34,815 nucleotides of DNA from an uncultured Verrucomicrobiae bacterium (GCA_937927265.1 CALBCO010000109.1:1-34815); one strand, 5' to 3'; shown: positions 1-9,985, numbered from the stretch's first letter. The notes: a model not told the origin generated them from the sequence alone. Program-made: numbers and translations.

Positions 1-1557
1 CGCCGAAAAAAAGGTGTCACCAAGGAAATCATTGTCAACGCTGAAGCATTGGAAAATCGCGTCGCGGTATTGGAAGATGGCCAACTCGAAGAGTTCACGA
101 TCGAAAGAACGACCGAAAAACGGATCGTCGCCAGCATCTTCAAGGGCAAAATCAAGAATCTCGAACCCGGCCTGAAAGCCGCGTTCGTGGACATTGGCTT
201 CGAGAAGAACGCGTTCCTGCACTACTGGGACATCATCCCGGAGTCGCTGGCCGAACGCGTGGATTTGGTGGAAACGGCGGGAGCGGACAAGCTGCCAGCC
301 AAGAAAATCAGCCAGAATGACATCCCCAAGCTCTACCCTCCCGGCTCGGAAGTGATTGTTCAGGTCGTCAAAGGCCCCATTGGCACCAAAGGTCCCCGCA
401 TCACCAGCAACATCAGCATTCCGGGCCGCTACCTGGTGCTTCTGCCGAACAATCCACAACGGGGCATCTCACGCAAGATTGAAAACGAGAAGGAACGTCA
501 ACGGCTCAAACAAATCGTTCGCGATCTGAAATTGCCGGAGGGCATGGGGGTGATCGTCCGCACCGTGGGTGAAAACCAGAAAAAACGCTACTTCATTCGC
601 GACTTGGAAATCCTTCTGCGCACGTGGAAACAAGTCGAAGAAAAGATCAAGACCCAACCTGCGCCGAGTTGTGTCTTTCAGGAACCAGACCTGATTGAGC
701 GCACGGTGCGCGATTTCCTGACCGAGGAAGTGGACCGGATCGTCGTGGACAACGAGGAAGCCTACCAACGCATCCGCGACATGATCGGCCAGATCAGCCG
801 CTTCTCGCGCGGCAAGGTCAAACTCTACACTGATCCGACCCCGATCTTCACCAAGTTTAACGTCGAACGCCAGATTGAAAACGCCTTCCGCCGCCAAGTC
901 TGGCTCAAAAGCGGTGGCTACATCTGCATTGATGAGACCGAGGCGCTTGTGGCGATTGACGTCAACACCGGCCGCCACAAATCGCAAAAAGACCTCGACA
1001 CCACGATCCTTCAAACCAACCTTGAAGCCGCCGAGGAAATCTGCCGGCAACTTCGCCTGCGCAACATTGGCGGCTTGATCGTCATTGACTTCATTGACAT
1101 GCGCAACCGCGCCGACCAACAAAAAGTCACCCAGAAAATGCGCGACGGAGTTAAACGCGACAAAGCCAAGACCCGGATCCTCCCCATCTCCCATCTTGGC
1201 TTGATGGAAATGACTCGCCAACGGCACAGCGAAAGCATGGCGAGCGCCGTTTATGAAGATTGCCCCTACTGCAAAGGCAAGGGCCTCGTCAAAAGCTCGC
1301 TCTCCATGTCTGTGGAAATTCAGCGCAAAATCAGCGAGACGCTCCGCAAACTCAAGCAAGAAGGCCGCACCGAAACGCCCCAATTGCGCATCTACGTCCA
1401 CCCTGAAGTCCTCAACCGGTTGCGCACGGAGGATGAAGAATTACTCATCGCGCTCGAACAAAAACTCCACGGCAAACTCAGTTTCCGTGCCGACCCGTCG
1501 TTCCATTTTGAACAGTTCAAAATCACCGATACCTTGAGTGGGAAGGAACTCGCATGA
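1..1557 (+). CDS. rng: Ribonuclease G/E family endoribonuclease (N-terminus outside window)
   Basis: Frame 1 is open from base 1 (RRKKGVTKEIIVNAEALENRVAVLEDGQLEEF, S1-domain start), so the TTG at 49 in the ORF track is internal. RNase E/G core motifs AIDVNTG and GGLIVIDFIDM, plus Zn-link CPYCKGKG. Confidence 0.9.
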   Translation, partial: RRKKGVTKEIIVNAEALENRVAVLEDGQLEEFTIERTTEKRIVASIFKGKIKNLEPGLKAAFVDIGFEKNAFLHYWDIIPESLAERVDLVETAGADKLPAKKISQNDIPKLYPPGSEVIVQVVKGPIGTKGPRITSNISIPGRYLVLLPNNPQRGISRKIENEKERQRLKQIVRDLKLPEGMGVIVRTVGENQKKRYFIRDLEILLRTWKQVEEKIKTQPAPSCVFQEPDLIERTVRDFLTEEVDRIVVDNEEAYQRIRDMIGQISRFSRGKVKLYTDPTPIFTKFNVERQIENAFRRQVWLKSGGYICIDETEALVAIDVNTGRHKSQKDLDTTILQTNLEAAEEICRQLRLRNIGGLIVIDFIDMRNRADQQKVTQKMRDGVKRDKAKTRILPISHLGLMEMTRQRHSESMASAVYEDCPYCKGKGLVKSSLSMSVEIQRKISETLRKLKQEGRTETPQLRIYVHPEVLNRLRTEDEELLIALEQKLHGKLSFRADPSFHFEQFKITDTLSGKELA

Positions 1558-2755
1558 ACCACGGCAAACAATGGCAGCACGCGGCTTGGCTGGCACTCGT
1601 CTTGGCCGGAATGGCTCGCGCCGGCCCGCCCGCCACCGTCATCGAGCCACCCGCTTCCAGCTTCGACACCTTTGCCCAGTTGGCCGAGTTTCTCGACACC
1701 GTCCAGCGGCACTACGCCGCACTCGACCGGCTAAAACCGTCCGCGCCGACCACTGCCTTGTTGCGGGCCTTCCTGCACGCTCTCGATCCCGAAGCGTCGC
1801 TACTGACCCCGGCGGAGGTCGCCGCGCTGTCGCATCCGGGCGTGGGTCTTGCGCTCACGGTCCGCGATGGCTATCCGACGATTCTCAGTCCTCGCGACGG
1901 CACTCCCGCGCAACGGGCGGGCCTGTTGCCGGGCGAGAAAATCACCGGCCTCAATGGCCAACCCGTGCTCGGCTTGAGTCCATGCGAAGTGATGGCTCGA
2001 CTTTGCGACCCCACCGCCACCAACCTGACGCTCAACATCTTCGATCCTGTCGCGCGCCAACACCGCACAATCGCGTTGACTCCCGCGCCCCCCCCCCGCT
2101 TCCAGCGCGGATCATCTTTATCGCCGACGGCATTGGTTACTACCGGCTGGCGGAGATCACGCCTGCAGCGGTCGAACAACTAAGCCGAATCCTCATGACC
2201 CCCGCCCTCGCTCCGACCAAAGGGCTGATTCTCGATCTTCGCAACAACCCGGGCGGCGCCCTCGACGCCACAGTCGCTCTCGCCGGGTTGTTCCTCCCCG
2301 AACAGACCACGGTCGTGACGCTCACGTTCCCCACGGCCACCCAACGCGCCTCGTTGACGACGCGCAACCCGCGACCGTTGTCCGTGCCGCTCGTGTTGTT
2401 GGTCAACAATGGCACCGCCGCTGCAGCGGAAGTGCTGGCCGCCGCCCTGCGCGATCACCAGCGGGCCTGGCTCGTTGGCATCGCCACCGCTGGCGTGGGA
2501 CGATTTTTCAGCCGGTTCGGATTGGCGACCGGCAATGTGGCCGACCTGCCGGCGGCTTACTTTGACCCGCCCGGCAACCAGCGGTTCGACCAGACCGGCC
2601 TTACGCCCCACCAAGCGGTGCCGCTGCCCCGCGAAACCGAGCGGGCGTTTGCCACAACCGGCTACGGCTCTTTCAACTGGGCAACCGATCGCGCCCGCAT
2701 CCTCGCCACTGACCGCCAACTCACGGCCGCGCTGGAGCGACTCACCCGCCCATGA
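1554..2755 (+). pseudogene. S41 (C-terminal processing peptidase) homologue, reading frame broken at a C10 run; Ser/Lys dyad positions substituted
   Basis: 1554..2183 encodes a signal peptide and a PDZ-like part (GLLPGEKITGLNG). From about 2098 the frame of ORF 1538..2755 encodes the S41 core (IFIADGIGYYRL, DLRNNPGG, LLVNNGTAAAAEV). The two frames meet in the C10 run at 2088-2097, and one extra C would fuse them. The start is ATGA-coupled to the rng stop. Confidence 0.65.
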
Positions 2756-3375
2756 ATTCACTGCGATCTTGGCTGCCCCGCGACGCGCTGGTCGTGTTGT
2801 TCTTGACTGCGCTTGCCGTCACCGTTTTTTTCCTCCTCCCCCGCGACCGCCGACACGCGCTGATGCGTGAAGATGGCTTGGTGCAACGCGCCAGCGTAAT
2901 GCTCTTGGCCGCAAGCACCGGGTACTGCGGCTGGCGCGGCGTCCGAGCCACCACCGGCGGCGGCGACTGGTGGCTGGCGGCACTGGTGTTCGCGGGATTG
3001 TGCCTGCGCGAACTGGATTGCCAGAAACGGTTCACAGACAAGTCATTTGACAACATCATGTTTTTCAAGAACCCTCACATTGCAACCCAAACAAAAGTGA
3101 TCGTCGTGGCGGCGGTCTTGCCCTTTGCGTTGGCGTTGAGCCGCATCCTGTGGCGAGCGCTCCGGCAACTCCGCCACGCTCGCCGCAACCGGCTGCCGTG
3201 GCTCGCCTATGCGTTCTGGGCCGTTGCGATGCTCGGGCTATCATTGCAGGCTGAAAAATGGAACTGGGTGCACCTGGAAGAGCTTGGCGAATTGAGTTTT
3301 GCCGTCCTGTTACTGCTGCTCGCGCGCTTCCTGCCGAAGGAAACGACCAATTATGAACGAATCCAAACTCATTGA
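2752..3375 (+). CDS. Hypothetical multi-pass membrane protein
   Basis: ATG 2752 overlaps the upstream stop (ATGA). Several hydrophobic helices (VVLFLTALAVTVFFLL, VIVVAAVLPFALAL, AFWAVAMLGLSL, FAVLLLLLARF). No family recognised. Confidence 0.55.
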   Translation: MNSLRSWLPRDALVVLFLTALAVTVFFLLPRDRRHALMREDGLVQRASVMLLAASTGYCGWRGVRATTGGGDWWLAALVFAGLCLRELDCQKRFTDKSFDNIMFFKNPHIATQTKVIVVAAVLPFALALSRILWRALRQLRHARRNRLPWLAYAFWAVAMLGLSLQAEKWNWVHLEELGELSFAVLLLLLARFLPKETTNYERIQTH

Positions 3376-4114
3376 CTTGTTGACCGCCGTCCGCCAAGGC
3401 CGACAATCGGTGGCCGGCGCCGTGCGCCGGCTGAAGTCGCTCCACATCCACGACCTTGATTTTGCGCGCGTGGACGGCCACCGGTCGCTGCGCAAAGGCT
3501 TCCCGGAGGTGATCTACTGCGAAGGCAAAACGCCCGCGCAGGTCGCCGCGATTGCCGGCAAGATTCTCCAACACAACGACAACCTGCTCGCCACCCGCGC
3601 CGACCGGCCGACCTACCGGGCCGTCAAACGCGCGTTTCCCCGCGCGAAATATCACGAAGCAGCCCGCGCCATCACCGTTGTCCGCCAACCGCTTCCCAAG
3701 CGGGCCGGCACCATCGCCGTCCTCTGCGCCGGCACGACCGACATCTCCGTTGCCGAAGAAGCCGCTGTCACCGCCGACATCATGGGCAACCGGGTGAAAA
3801 AATACTACGACATCGGCATTGCCGGCCTGCATCGGCTGCTGGCCGTCAACGAAGAACTCCTCGACGCCAACGTCCTCATCGTCTGTGCCGGCATGGAAGG
3901 CGCGCTGCCGAGCGTCGTCGGCGGTCTCGTGGACAAGCCGGTCATCGCTGTGCCGACGAGTGTGGGCTACGGCGCGAGCTTCGGCGGCATCGCCGCGCTC
4001 TTGGCGATGCTCAACTCCTGCGCCAGTGGTGTCACCGTCGTCAACATCAACAACGGCTTCGGCGCCGGCTACGCGGCGAGTCTGATCAACAACTTAGCCA
4101 CAGATGGACGCTGA
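3353..4114 (+). CDS. larB: LarB, nickel-pincer cofactor biosynthesis carboxylase/hydrolase (PurE/AIR-carboxylase-like)
   Basis: MNESKLIDLL start. PurE-like half with AVLCAGTTD, MEGALPSVVGGL, PVIAVPTSVGYG, VVNINNGFGAG. ATG 3353 is preferred over the track start at 3299 and overlaps the upstream gene by 23 nt. Confidence 0.85.
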   Translation: MNESKLIDLLTAVRQGRQSVAGAVRRLKSLHIHDLDFARVDGHRSLRKGFPEVIYCEGKTPAQVAAIAGKILQHNDNLLATRADRPTYRAVKRAFPRAKYHEAARAITVVRQPLPKRAGTIAVLCAGTTDISVAEEAAVTADIMGNRVKKYYDIGIAGLHRLLAVNEELLDANVLIVCAGMEGALPSVVGGLVDKPVIAVPTSVGYGASFGGIAALLAMLNSCASGVTVVNINNGFGAGYAASLINNLATDGR

Positions 4115-4166
4115 TAGACACTGAACAGTTGGCATTTATGAGCATCCGTGTAAATCTGTGGCGGTC

Positions 4167-5342
4167 ATGAAACTTCTCTACCTTGATTGTTTTGCCGGCA
4201 TCAGCGGCGACATGCTGCTGGGCGCGCTGCTGGATCTCGGCATATCCGAAGACACGCTGCGGATGCAACTCGTGAAGCTAAAGTTGCCGGGGTACTCGAT
4301 TTCGACGAGGCGTCTGGTAAAGCAGAACATCGCGGCAACAAAGTTTGAGTGCGAGCAAGAACACGAGCATGAACACGAACATCGGAGCTACACCGAGATT
4401 GCCAGGATGATCGCCGACAGCGGGTTGTCGGAAAACGTGAAGCACCGAGCGGTCAGCGTGTTCCGCCGTCTCGGCGAAGTGGAGGCGAGGATTCATGGCG
4501 TGCCGCTGGAAAAGATTCATTTCCACGAAATCGGCGCGGTGGATTCCATCGTGGACATCGTTGGCGTGTGCATCGCGTTGGAGTTGCTCGGCGTGGGCCA
4601 CGTGCAGGCGGCCCCCCCACCACTCGGTTCGGGGTTTGTGGAAACGGAGCACGGAAAGTTTCCGGTACCGGCGCCGGCCACACTGGAATTACTCCAAGGC
4701 GTGCCGGTGCAGTCTTCCAACGAGCCGGTGGAGCTTGTGACGCCGACCGGGGCGGCGTTGTTGGCGGAGTTTTGTACCCGGTATGGCCCGCTTCCGGCAA
4801 TGACCGTGGAGAAGATTGGTTACGGCGCCGGCACGCACAATTTGAAACAGACGCCCAATGTGCTACGGGCGGTGCTCGGGGAGATGAACGACGGCCCGGC
4901 GTCCGATACCGTGACCGTGATCGAAACAAACTTTGATGACATGAACCCGCAACTGTTTGGCGACGTGATGGACCGTCTGCTGGTGAACGGCGCGCGGGAT
5001 GTGTTTCTGACGCCGGTGCAAATGAAGAAGAACCGGCCGGGGACGTTGTTGACGGTGATTTGTGAGCCGGGCGATGCGGACCGGTTCGCGGAGTTGGTGC
5101 TGACGCACACGACCACGTTCGGCGTGCGCATCCACGAAGCGCGGCGGCTCAAGCTCGACCGCGAAATTCGGCAGGTGCCGACAAAGTTCGGTGACATTCC
5201 GGTGAAGATCGGGCGGCGGGCCGGTCACATTCTGACCCGCTCGCCCGAATATGACTCGTGCCGGCGGGCGGCGGCGCAGTATCATGTCGCCGTGAAAGAA
5301 GTCTATCAGGCGGCCCAACGCGCCGCGGAGGAACTGACATGA
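4167..5342 (+). CDS. larC: LarC, nickel insertion protein (DUF111 family)
   Basis: MKLLYLDCFAGISGDMLLGALLDLG N-terminus, His/Glu-rich EQEHEHEHEH segment, HFHEIGAVDSIVDIVG. ATG 4167 is preferred over GTG 4158. Confidence 0.85.
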   Translation: MKLLYLDCFAGISGDMLLGALLDLGISEDTLRMQLVKLKLPGYSISTRRLVKQNIAATKFECEQEHEHEHEHRSYTEIARMIADSGLSENVKHRAVSVFRRLGEVEARIHGVPLEKIHFHEIGAVDSIVDIVGVCIALELLGVGHVQAAPPPLGSGFVETEHGKFPVPAPATLELLQGVPVQSSNEPVELVTPTGAALLAEFCTRYGPLPAMTVEKIGYGAGTHNLKQTPNVLRAVLGEMNDGPASDTVTVIETNFDDMNPQLFGDVMDRLLVNGARDVFLTPVQMKKNRPGTLLTVICEPGDADRFAELVLTHTTTFGVRIHEARRLKLDREIRQVPTKFGDIPVKIGRRAGHILTRSPEYDSCRRAAAQYHVAVKEVYQAAQRAAEELT

Positions 5343-5512
5343 TTGACAAGGATTTGCTCGAAATACTGGCGTGTCCGAAGTGCAAGCAACCGGTCCGCGA
5401 GGAAGGCAACCAGTTGATCTGCACAAACCCACAATGTGGGCTGCGCTACCCCATCCGCGACGGCATTCCGGTGATGTTGATTGACGAAGCGGAAAAACCT
5501 AACGGCCAATGA
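5339..5512 (+). CDS. Trm112/YcaR (UPF0434) family small zinc-ribbon protein
   Basis: 57 aa, MIDKDLLEILACPKCK...LICTNPQCGLRYPIRDGIPVMLIDEA. ATG 5339 overlaps the larC stop (ATGA). Confidence 0.8.
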   Translation: MIDKDLLEILACPKCKQPVREEGNQLICTNPQCGLRYPIRDGIPVMLIDEAEKPNGQ

Positions 5513-6246
5513 CTCGACCCACTCTGTCCGTGATCATCCCGGCTTGGAACGAGGAGAAGACTGTGGGCCGGGCCATCGCCTCGTTGCAGCGCGCCGCCGA
5601 GGTCTACCGGCAACAGCGCGGGGGCGAGACGGAAATCATCGTCGTGGATAACAACAGTTCCGACCGGACGGCGGAAGTGGCGCGTCAAGCCGGGGCCACG
5701 GTGGTCTTCGAGCCGGTCAACAACATCGGCAAGGCCCGTAATGCCGGAGCGAAAGCCGCCCGTGGCCAATACATCGCATTCTGCGATGCCGACAACGAGG
5801 TGACCGAGAATCTGCTCGTCCTGATTCACGATCATCTCGAAGACCCCAAGATCGTCGGCGGCGGCACGTGGATCGAGCCGGCCCGGCGCAACCTGAAAAT
5901 CAATTTCTTCTATTTCTGTTGGGGCATCTATGTCCGGTGCAGCGGGGTCGGCGTGGGAATGATGCACTGCCGAAAGGCGGACTTTGAATCGTTCGGCGGA
6001 TTCGATGAGACAATCTACGCCGCCGAGGATGTGCAACTGGCCTACGACCTCAAGAAACTCGGCCAACCACGCGGACAGAAGTTCGAACTGATCAGGGACG
6101 GCTGGATTATCACCTCCACGCGCAAGATTGATCAGACGCCTTTGTTCACGATGCTCGCCAAGTTGATCGGTTTCAGTTTTGGATTGCAGAAGAAGATTCG
6201 CAGCAAGGAATACTGCGAGCATTGGTACGATAAAGCCGCCCGATAA
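5509..6246 (+). CDS. Family 2 glycosyltransferase
   Basis: SVIIPAWNEE, IVVDNNSSD and CDADN (DXD) motifs. ATGA overlap with the upstream stop. Confidence 0.85.
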   Translation: MTRPTLSVIIPAWNEEKTVGRAIASLQRAAEVYRQQRGGETEIIVVDNNSSDRTAEVARQAGATVVFEPVNNIGKARNAGAKAARGQYIAFCDADNEVTENLLVLIHDHLEDPKIVGGGTWIEPARRNLKINFFYFCWGIYVRCSGVGVGMMHCRKADFESFGGFDETIYAAEDVQLAYDLKKLGQPRGQKFELIRDGWIITSTRKIDQTPLFTMLAKLIGFSFGLQKKIRSKEYCEHWYDKAAR

Positions 6247-6252
6247 CGGCCG

Positions 6253-6504
6253 TCAGTGGCCGCGCACTTTGTCCACCAATTTGCCGGCCTGGCGTTGGAG
6301 TTGGGTTTTCAACCGGCGCGCCCAGACGAAGTCTGCCGCCAGGATGCTCAAGCCAAGAAAGACGACAATAAACCCTGGCCCCGGCACCCCCGGCAACATG
6401 AGAAATAACCCCGCGAGCACCACCACCACGCCCGCCGTGATGCGCACGGCGCGTTTGCCGTGATGCAGCAGCCAGTTCAAAATTGGCGTGCCCTTTTTTC
6501 CCAT
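6253..6504 (-). CDS. PGPGW-motif small membrane protein
   Basis: 83 aa with two hydrophobic helices flanking LPGVPGPGF. The start lies 28 nt inside the end of the upstream KTSC gene. Confidence 0.65.
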   Translation of the reverse strand: MGKKGTPILNWLLHHGKRAVRITAGVVVVLAGLFLMLPGVPGPGFIVVFLGLSILAADFVWARRLKTQLQRQAGKLVDKVRGH

Positions 6505-6707
6505 GCAAACTTGCCCTTGATGTGCTGGAGGAAATACTTGCCGGGCGACGGTGTGGTCAGCAGCGATTCATAAACCGCCGCCGGTACCGAAAAATACCGG
6601 TAGACGCCGGTGGTGTGAAACTCGATCTCGAGCGTTTGGCTGGCCGCATCGTAGCCAATGCTGGCGATGTCGCTGGAAGGCACTTTCTGACGAACAATCT
6701 CACTCAT
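6477..6707 (-). CDS. KTSC domain-containing protein
   Basis: 76 aa; IASIGYDAASQTLEIEFHTTGVYRYFSVPAAVYESLLTTPSPGKYF matches the KTSC fold pattern. ATG overlaps the adaptor-gene stop (ATGA at 6704-6707). Confidence 0.7.
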   Translation of the reverse strand: MSEIVRQKVPSSDIASIGYDAASQTLEIEFHTTGVYRYFSVPAAVYESLLTTPSPGKYFLQHIKGKFAWEKRARQF

Positions 6708-7666
6708 GGTATGAGGAAATCCACTTTGGCGGTCAGCTCCGGAGTCAGGAACGAGTCGGGATTCTGAATTTGGACTTTGACCTGCAATGTCCCCTTCTGC
6801 CGGTTGGCCTCAGGCGCAATTTCTGTGACGTAGCCTTGATAGACTTTGTCCGGGTAGGCTTCCGGGCTGATGCGGCAGGGTTGTTGCAACCGGACCTTGG
6901 CAATATCGGCTTCGTTTAAGTCAATCTCGACCTGCAAATCGGTCAGGTCAGCGAGTGACACAAAGGCCGTGCTCGGCCCCCGCCCGCCGCCGTAGCTCAC
7001 CGGGGTCACGAGTTCATTGGGATCGACCAATTTCTCTAAAATTGTCCCGGTAATTGGCGCGCGAATGGTGCACCAATCCCAATAGGTCTGCGCCAGCGCC
7101 AACTGCCCCTTGGCGATCATCAACTCCGCGGCTGCCGCGTCGCGGGCTCGGCGCGCCTCATCGAGCGCGCGGACGCTGTCCACGTCGCGCTTGGCCAGTT
7201 CGGTTTGCCGTTGCAAATTCAACTCGGCATTGGTGAGGTTCGCCTCCACCAACGCCACCCGGCCTTGCGCTTCCATGACCCGGGCTTGAAACTCGCGATC
7301 CTCCAACTTCACAATGATGTCGTCTTTGTTGACCCGGTCGCCTTTTTTGACTCCGATCCACACAACGGTACCTTGGAACTTCGGGCTGATCTCAATGCGC
7401 TCGCGCGGAATGATGTAGCCACTCACGGTTAGCGCCACATCGCCCGGTTGGGGCGGGGTGGTGACCAAAGTGACGGCCGCCAGTGGTTGGACGGGCCGGC
7501 GGGTGAGTGGTTGCCGATCCCCCCGGCGCGTGTGGGAAAACGCCACCAGCCCCGCCACGAGCAGCAGAACGACCACGATGAGGATTGTCTGCACGCCGCC
7601 GTTGGGGCGTTTTTTCTTCGGCTCGGGTATCCGCAACTGGTGCAATTTGGAATCGGCTTCGCTCAT
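6704..7666 (-). CDS. HlyD/MacA-type periplasmic adaptor subunit
   Basis: N-terminal anchor ILIVVVLLLVAGLVAF, then lipoyl/coiled-coil/beta-barrel pattern (GYIIPRERIEISPKFQGTVVWIGVKKGDRV, AELNLQRQTELAKR, IRAPITGTI). ATG 7666 is chosen because the track start at 7828 would overlap the permease by about 150 nt. Confidence 0.85.
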   Translation of the reverse strand: MSEADSKLHQLRIPEPKKKRPNGGVQTILIVVVLLLVAGLVAFSHTRRGDRQPLTRRPVQPLAAVTLVTTPPQPGDVALTVSGYIIPRERIEISPKFQGTVVWIGVKKGDRVNKDDIIVKLEDREFQARVMEAQGRVALVEANLTNAELNLQRQTELAKRDVDSVRALDEARRARDAAAAELMIAKGQLALAQTYWDWCTIRAPITGTILEKLVDPNELVTPVSYGGGRGPSTAFVSLADLTDLQVEIDLNEADIAKVRLQQPCRISPEAYPDKVYQGYVTEIAPEANRQKGTLQVKVQIQNPDSFLTPELTAKVDFLIP

Positions 7667-7679
7667 GGGCACATCATCC

Positions 7680-8843
7680 TCAAACGGCGCGCAGGGCGTC
7701 AAGCACGGGTTTGCGCGCGGCGAGCCGAGCCGGCAGCAGCCCGCCCAGCACGCCCATGAGCAGCGCAAAGCCCAGCCCCTTCGCCAGCAGTTCGCCCGTG
7801 ATCCGGAATTCAAAGGCCACCTCGGCAAACGTGGTCCAACTAAACGTACCCGTCGCCACGCCGTTGAGCGGCAACGAAAGCAAGCACCCCACCACCCCGC
7901 CGCCGAGCGCCAACAACACCGATTCGATCAGGAAACATGCGTAGATGTCGCGCCGACGGAAGCCCAAAACGCATAACGTCCCGATCTCGCGCGTGCGCGC
8001 CCCCACTGCGGCGTACATCGTGTTCATTGCCGAAAACGCCGCGCCGATGCTCATGATCGTCGCCAGGAATGTCCCGACGAACTGGATCGGCCCGGCCATT
8101 TTGGTCTGGTCGCGGAAGTATTCCGTCTCCGGCAAGACGCGGACTTGCAGCAATGGATCCTGTTCCATTCGCCGCGCCAGCGCGGCCCCTGCCGCCGTGC
8201 TGACCGGCCGCAGCAAGATTGAACCGTAGAAATTCCGGTTGAACTCTTTGCGGGCCTCGTCGGCATCCACCCAGATTTCCGATTCGTAGGCGGTCTTGGC
8301 GGCGTCGAACGTGCCGACCACATGCCAGGTGGTCTTACCGGTGCGGAAACTTTGGCCGACCCGGCAGTTGGCGAACCGCTCAGCGATCTTGCGGCTGACC
8401 ACGCACTCGCGCAGACTGGGCTGAAACCACCGGCCCTCGACCAGCCGCACATTGGGGCGCAACGCCAGCGCCACCGGCCCCACCCCGCGCACCACGACGT
8501 TGGCCGTGCCCCTGTGATCAATACGGTCAATGGTGGCCAGCACGACAATCTCCGCCGAGGCCAATGGCTCGCCTTGCTCATTGCGAGCGATGCCGTCGAG
8601 ATAACGGATGCGGCGAACTTCGTTCCGGGTGATCTGGCTGGTGGTGTCGGCGGTGGAGCCGCGGCGCAACACGAGCAAGTTGCGCTCATCACCAGTGCTG
8701 ACATACGTTGCCTTCAGCCCCCGCGCCAACGCCATCACCATCACAAACACCGCCACCACCAGCGCGATGCCCAGCATCGTCGCCAGCGTCAGCCGCCACC
8801 GGACGCGCAGGTTGCGGAGGTTGTATTTAAGCGGGATCGCCAT
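7680..8843 (-). CDS. ABC transporter permease, FtsX/MacB-type
   Basis: [16 protein letters not shown] start, large periplasmic domain and C-terminal FtsX helices. The ATG shares one base with the upstream stop (TGATG at 8841-8845). Confidence 0.85.
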   Translation of the reverse strand: MAIPLKYNLRNLRVRWRLTLATMLGIALVVAVFVMVMALARGLKATYVSTGDERNLLVLRRGSTADTTSQITRNEVRRIRYLDGIARNEQGEPLASAEIVVLATIDRIDHRGTANVVVRGVGPVALALRPNVRLVEGRWFQPSLRECVVSRKIAERFANCRVGQSFRTGKTTWHVVGTFDAAKTAYESEIWVDADEARKEFNRNFYGSILLRPVSTAAGAALARRMEQDPLLQVRVLPETEYFRDQTKMAGPIQFVGTFLATIMSIGAAFSAMNTMYAAVGARTREIGTLCVLGFRRRDIYACFLIESVLLALGGGVVGCLLSLPLNGVATGTFSWTTFAEVAFEFRITGELLAKGLGFALLMGVLGGLLPARLAARKPVLDALRAV

Positions 8844-9985
8844 CAATCCAACTCCTTCAGTCCCCCGACTACGCTGGCGCGAATGCTCGTGTAGGCTGGC
8901 AATAGACAACTCACCACGCCCAGCCCCGCCGCCACCAACAGGCCGGTCACAATGATGTGCGGTGTCACGTCGAACTTGATGAACACGCCGCGCGACAACG
9001 AGTACATGTCCACCTGATCAAACAACAGACGCGCGCCGAGGCAACCGAACAGTCCCCCGGCCACGGCCAAGCCGAACGATTCGGCCAAAATCACGCCGCA
9101 TACCTGCCGGCCATCGAACCCGAGGGCCTTGAGAATGGCAATCTCGCGGGACCGTTCGCGGATGGACATGCTCATGGTGCTCGCCGTCACCAGAATCAGC
9201 GTGAATACAATGACCGAGGAGATCGAGCCGATCAGCAGTTTGATGTTGCCAAACATCGAGATAAAGCCCAACTGAAATGCCCTCTCTGTTTCGGTCTTGG
9301 TCTCGGCGTTGGTGTTGCGAAACGCCGCGTCAATTCGTTCCATCAACCCGGGAATGACGTCCGGCTCGGTTACCTTGACCCAAAAGGTGCCGACCAACCC
9401 CCGTTTACCCAACAACTCATCGAGGTATTCATGATGGAAAAACAGATTCGTCTCGTCTAACCCGCCGTAGTACACACCGCGGATGACCAACTCCAAATCC
9501 ACCGGCCAAATCGTGCCGCGCAACGTGATCCGGTCCCCCACCTTCCACCCAAACCGTTGCATCGTTTTCGAGCCAACCACACACGCCGTCTTTTCCTTGA
9601 TGAACACCTCGCGTTGGAGCGGGTCAATGGACGACTCGGCAAAAATCGGAAACAACTTCTCTGCGTCCACGCCGAATTGCGGAAAGAAATTGCGTTCATC
9701 CTTATAGATGCCGCCGAACCAAGTCAACTTCATGCAATACGCCACGCCCGGCATTCGTTCGATGCGGGACTGATATTTCTCCGGCAGCACCTCCCCCAAC
9801 GACACCTTGTGGCGCACCACAATCCGCAAAGCCGCTTCCTCCGAGGTGGCCGGCTGCGTCAACTCCCGTAGCGCCGTCTGCAACGTCACGAAGAGAAACA
9901 AACTCAGCGCCACACTGAGCACGGTGAGCAGCATCCGCCGCTTGTTGCGCAACGCATTGCGCAAAATAAACCCGTGAATGGTCAT
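8843..9985 (-). CDS. ABC transporter permease, FtsX/MacB-type
   Basis: [28 protein letters not shown] start, MacB-like periplasmic domain and FtsX C-terminus ([11 protein letters not shown]). ATGA overlap with the ATPase stop. Confidence 0.85.
   Translation of the reverse strand: MTIHGFILRNALRNKRRMLLTVLSVALSLFLFVTLQTALRELTQPATSEEAALRIVVRHKVSLGEVLPEKYQSRIERMPGVAYCMKLTWFGGIYKDERNFFPQFGVDAEKLFPIFAESSIDPLQREVFIKEKTACVVGSKTMQRFGWKVGDRITLRGTIWPVDLELVIRGVYYGGLDETNLFFHHEYLDELLGKRGLVGTFWVKVTEPDVIPGLMERIDAAFRNTNAETKTETERAFQLGFISMFGNIKLLIGSISSVIVFTLILVTASTMSMSIRERSREIAILKALGFDGRQVCGVILAESFGLAVAGGLFGCLGARLLFDQVDMYSLSRGVFIKFDVTPHIIVTGLLVAAGLGVVSCLLPAYTSIRASVVGGLKELD

Noticed and set aside
1538-2090. N-terminal 185 aa of the 405-aa track ORF 1538..2755 as a real protein
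   Set aside because: This part is Arg/Ser/Pro-rich and overlaps, in another frame, the genuine signal-peptide/PDZ half that starts at 1554. Only the portion after the C10 run looks like real S41 sequence.
4354-4377. Near-repeated GAR-CAY codons as a tandem repeat or microsatellite
   Set aside because: They encode the His/Glu-rich metal-binding stretch expected in LarC, and the unit is imperfect. Treated as coding, not as a repeat feature.
7667-7828. Long 5' extension of the adaptor gene (start 7828)
   Set aside because: It would overlap the permease gene by about 150 nt and encodes a Cys/Trp/Arg-rich peptide. ATG 7666 sits 13 nt after the permease stop and is followed by the membrane anchor.
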